A stretch of 64,000 bases of DNA from the human T2T-CHM13v2.0 reference genome, Homo sapiens. This document shows, one piece after another, positions 60,260-64,000 of the stretch. Each line of letters begins with the position of its first letter. Within the stretch, counting starts at the first letter, position 1. A program made the position numbers and the translations under genes. The notes beneath the pieces are model-generated. The model did not search any database. It was not told the origin of the DNA and saw only the letters and a program-made list of their open reading frames with translations. The stretch lies in assembly GCF_009914755.1 (NCBI RefSeq), contig NC_060926.1; one strand, written 5' to 3'.

Positions 60260-60634
60260 CGTATTAGTCTGTTCTCACGCTGCTAATAAAGACATACCCG
60301 AGACTGAGTAATTTGTAAAGGAAAGCGGGTTAATTGATTCATAATTCAGCATGGCTGGGGATGCCTCAGGAAACTTACAATCATGGTGGGAGGGGAAGAA
60401 AACACGTCCTTCTTCACATGGTGGCAGGAAGAAGTGCCAAGCAGAAGGGGGAAAAGCCCCTTATAAAACCATCAATCTCGTGAGAACTCACTCACTATCA
60501 CGAGAACAGCAGCATGGGGGTAACCACCGCCATGATTCAATTACCTCCCATCAGGTCCCTCCTACAACTCACAGGGATTGTGCGAACTACAGTTCGAGAT
60601 GAGATTTGGGTGAGGACACAGCCAAACCATATCA
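60260..60634 (-). mobile_element. THE1 solo LTR (MaLR)
   Basis: gtattagtctgttctcacgctgctaataaagacatacccgagact...ggacacagccaaaccatatca. Confidence 0.93.
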
Positions 60635-60747
60635 AATTCTGAGTATAGTTTTTGATATATAGTTATATATAACTACATATATAATTTTATATATACATAT
60701 ATATATAGTTTTGACTTTTGAACCTTGTAAAAGTTTTACATATTTAA

Positions 60748-61057
<310 letters not shown>

Positions 61058-61287
61058 TAAATTTTGAGAGATTTGTCAAAAAGAAAAGCTTAAAATTAAA
61101 TGCAAATATAAACAAATGAACTTAACTGCATATAAAATTAATAATAGAACAATACAGAAAAAAAAAAAGGTTGAAATGACCTGTGAATACAGTATTCTGA
61201 CTACCTACCCTTAACTGGATGTATTCTAAGAACAAATAGTATTACAAAGAAGTCTTGAACTTTTCTTAGGCATGATGTTGGAAATGG

Positions 61288-62310
61288 GCTTCTGCACTAC
61301 CCAGAGAGGGGTCCGTTCTGGCTTGTTCTGGATTCCTGTCTTAATTTAAAGGGAAACGTTCACAATGTCCAGAGCCCTTGATGTCCTGCCAATGAAGGAG
61401 GAGGATGTCCTCAAGTTCCTTGCAGCAGGAACCCACTTAGGTGACACTAATTTTGACTTCCAAATGGAACAGTACATCTATAAAATGAAAAGTGATGGCA
61501 TCTACATCCTAAATCAGAAGAAGACCTGGGAGAAGTTGCTGCTGGCAGCTTGTGCCATTGTTGCCATTGAAAACCCTGCTGATGTCAGTGTCATATCCTC
61601 CAGGAAAACTGGCCAGAAAGCCACGCCGTTGTTTGCTGCTGTCACTGGAGCCACTCTTGTTGCTGGCTGCTTTACTCCTAGAACATTCTCTAACCAGATC
61701 TCAGCAGCCTTCCGGGAGCCACAGCTTCTGGTGGTTACTGATCCCAGGGCTGACCACCAGCCCCTCACAGAGGCATCTTACATTAACCTACCTACCATTG
61801 CTCTGTGTCACAGATTCTCCTCTGCACTATGTGGGCCTTGCCATCCAATGCAACAACAAGGGAGCTCACTCAGGGGGTTTGACATGGTAGATGCTAGCCT
61901 GGAAAGTCTTGTACATGCCTGGCACCATCTGTGAATGGGAGGTCATGTCTGATCTCTGCTTCCACAGAGATCCTGAAGAGATTGTAAAGAAGAGCAGGCT
62001 GCTGCTAGAAAGGCTGTGACCAAGAGGAATTTCAGGATGAATGGACTGCTGCAGCTCCTGAGTCCACTGCTACTCAGCCTGAGGGCGCAGACTGGTCTAA
62101 AGGTGGCAGATGCCCTCTGTGCCTATTCAGCAGCTCCCTACTGAAGACTGGAGCGCTCTGCTTGCCACGGAAGACTAGTCTGCAGCTCCCACTGCTCAGC
62201 CACTAAACGTGTAGGAGCAACCACTGAATGGGCTTAAGCTGTTTATCCACAGGCTTTTAAGCACCATGAAAAGAAGGCTGACAGAAATAAACACCAATTT
62301 ATTTTAAAAA
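61288..62310 (+). pseudogene. RPSA: Processed pseudogene of 40S ribosomal protein SA (laminin receptor 1)
   Basis: Intronless copy with RPSA-like 5'UTR; ATG at 61365 ([26 protein letters not shown]...[26 protein letters not shown]); frameshift near 61808; vestigial stop at 62235-62237; AATAAA at 62286-62291; ggaaatgg flanking repeats. Confidence 0.97.
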
Positions 62311-62320
62311 GGAAATGGTA

Positions 62321-62622
<302 letters not shown>

Positions 62623-62639
62623 GGAAATGGTATTGGAGC

Positions 62640-63765
62640 AGTCAGTCATTCTGAAAGTATTTGGGGTGTATTATAGAACAGAGCAAATGATTAAATATAT
62701 TGATGTTTCCTTTTTGCTAACAGGTGTGTTAAAATAAACTAAATAAATGAATGTATTGATGGTGCTGGAAGTCAGCGTTCCCATTGTGGAGGAAGCAAAG
62801 ATACAAATACGGATTGGGAAGATGAGGAGGAGTCCTGTGGAGCTGGGTTTTAATTGGAAGAAATTAAAAAAAAATACTAGTTTTCTAAAAATATGCATTT
62901 CCTAGCTCTGTCCACCGAAAGGGTTTATAAACAATGGTATCCCAGTAGCAATGAGCAAACCTAGTGGCCAGAGCTTGGTTTCCCAATGCCATTTTCCACT
63001 AAAAGAAACCTTGGAGAAATGGCTGATTCCAGACCTGAAGCAGGGAAAATATGAAGTGAGCCACAAAGTAAGGAAGTGCTCAAAGACTGATGGGGTTATG
63101 TCAAAAGGATACTGACATCAGCTTGGAGGAACTTCCACTAACCAAATTTGGGACAATCTGACATCAAAAATAAGTTATTGTAGTAGATTGTAATGCAGAC
63201 CTCAGAAGATTCGCCTCAAGATCCTGGAGGCCCTTCCATAGGGCTTCTTGACAGCATGGCAGCTGGCTTCCCCTAGAACAAGCCGTGTGACAGTTCCCAA
63301 AATGAAAACTGTAGTGTTTTTATAACCTCATCTCAGAAGTGACAGTCTATAACTTCTCACTTATTCTATTCTTTAGAAGCAAGTCACTAAGTCCAACCCA
63401 TACCTAAGGGGAGGGGGAACCCAAGGATGTGGACACCAGGAGGTAAGGACCAATGGGGGCCATCTTAGAGGGCACCCACACCAAGTAATGAAGTGTAACC
63501 ACATCATCAGTAATGGAACAAAGTGACATTATGTGCCTCCTGATACACCACAATGCATGATACAGATATAGTATTCTTGGGGGAAAAGGAAGGAAGAAAC
63601 AAACAGACAAATCCAGAATGTGGGACACTCTATGAGAGAACCAGTTTGAATTCTTAAAAAGTGTCAATATCATGAAAAAGATAAAATAATTGCTGTAAGT
63701 TACAGAAGACTAAAGAGACATGACAAATCAGTGAGATTTGTGATCCTTAAAAAAGATTCAGGATC
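62640..63765 (+). mobile_element. L1MC4-like 3'UTR with an embedded MLT1 fragment (about 63195-63480)
   Basis: L1MC4-like gcatttcctagctctgtccac; MLT1-like gacagcatggcagctggcttccc...ttagaagcaagtcactaagtcc. Confidence 0.7.
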
Positions 63766-64000
63766 AGACGGGCGTGGTGGCTCACACCTGTAATCCTAGC
63801 ACTTTGGGAGGCTGAGGTGGGTGGATCACCTGAGGTCAGGAGTTCAAGACCAGCCTAGCCAACATGGTGAAACCCCATCTCTACTAAAAAATAAAAAAAA
63901 ATTAGCTGGGTGTGGTGGTGGGTGCCTGTAATCCCAGCTATTTGGGAGACTGAAGCAGGAGAATTGCTTGAACCAGGGAGGCGGAGGTTGCACTGAGCCA
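63766..64000 (+). mobile_element. Alu (AluSx-like), cut by the window end
   Basis: Sense Alu body. Confidence 0.95.

Noticed and set aside
61365-61934. 189-aa RPSA-like ORF as a functional gene
   Set aside because: Intronless, many substitutions at conserved residues, frameshifted, with further indels and stops downstream.

Overview
Primate (human-like) genomic DNA, rich in Alu, L1, L2, MIR, LTR and DNA-transposon remnants, with no long genuine coding exon. Firm calls are a full-length, frameshifted processed pseudogene of RPSA (about 61288-62310, +), two CpG islands (about 30950-31900 and 43860-44620), a near-consensus CTCF site (58435-58449) and many TSD-flanked repeats, including a three-level MLT1>Tigger2>Alu nest. 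The first CpG island has a strongly G-rich minus strand and probably drives a leftward gene. Downstream of it on the minus strand I read a chain of very small candidate exons (76, 46/42, 23, 23, 14 and 37 nt). Five of these splice into one open 57-codon frame, so this may be a microexon-built gene or a decaying one; I cannot name it. Two well-formed plus-strand exon candidates (46921-46991, 50028-50189) follow the second CpG island and suggest a spliced lncRNA. A perfect 30-bp-arm hairpin with a templated duplication lies at 41174-41249. Repeat subfamily names come from recalled consensus sequences, boundaries are approximate, and no database search was run.
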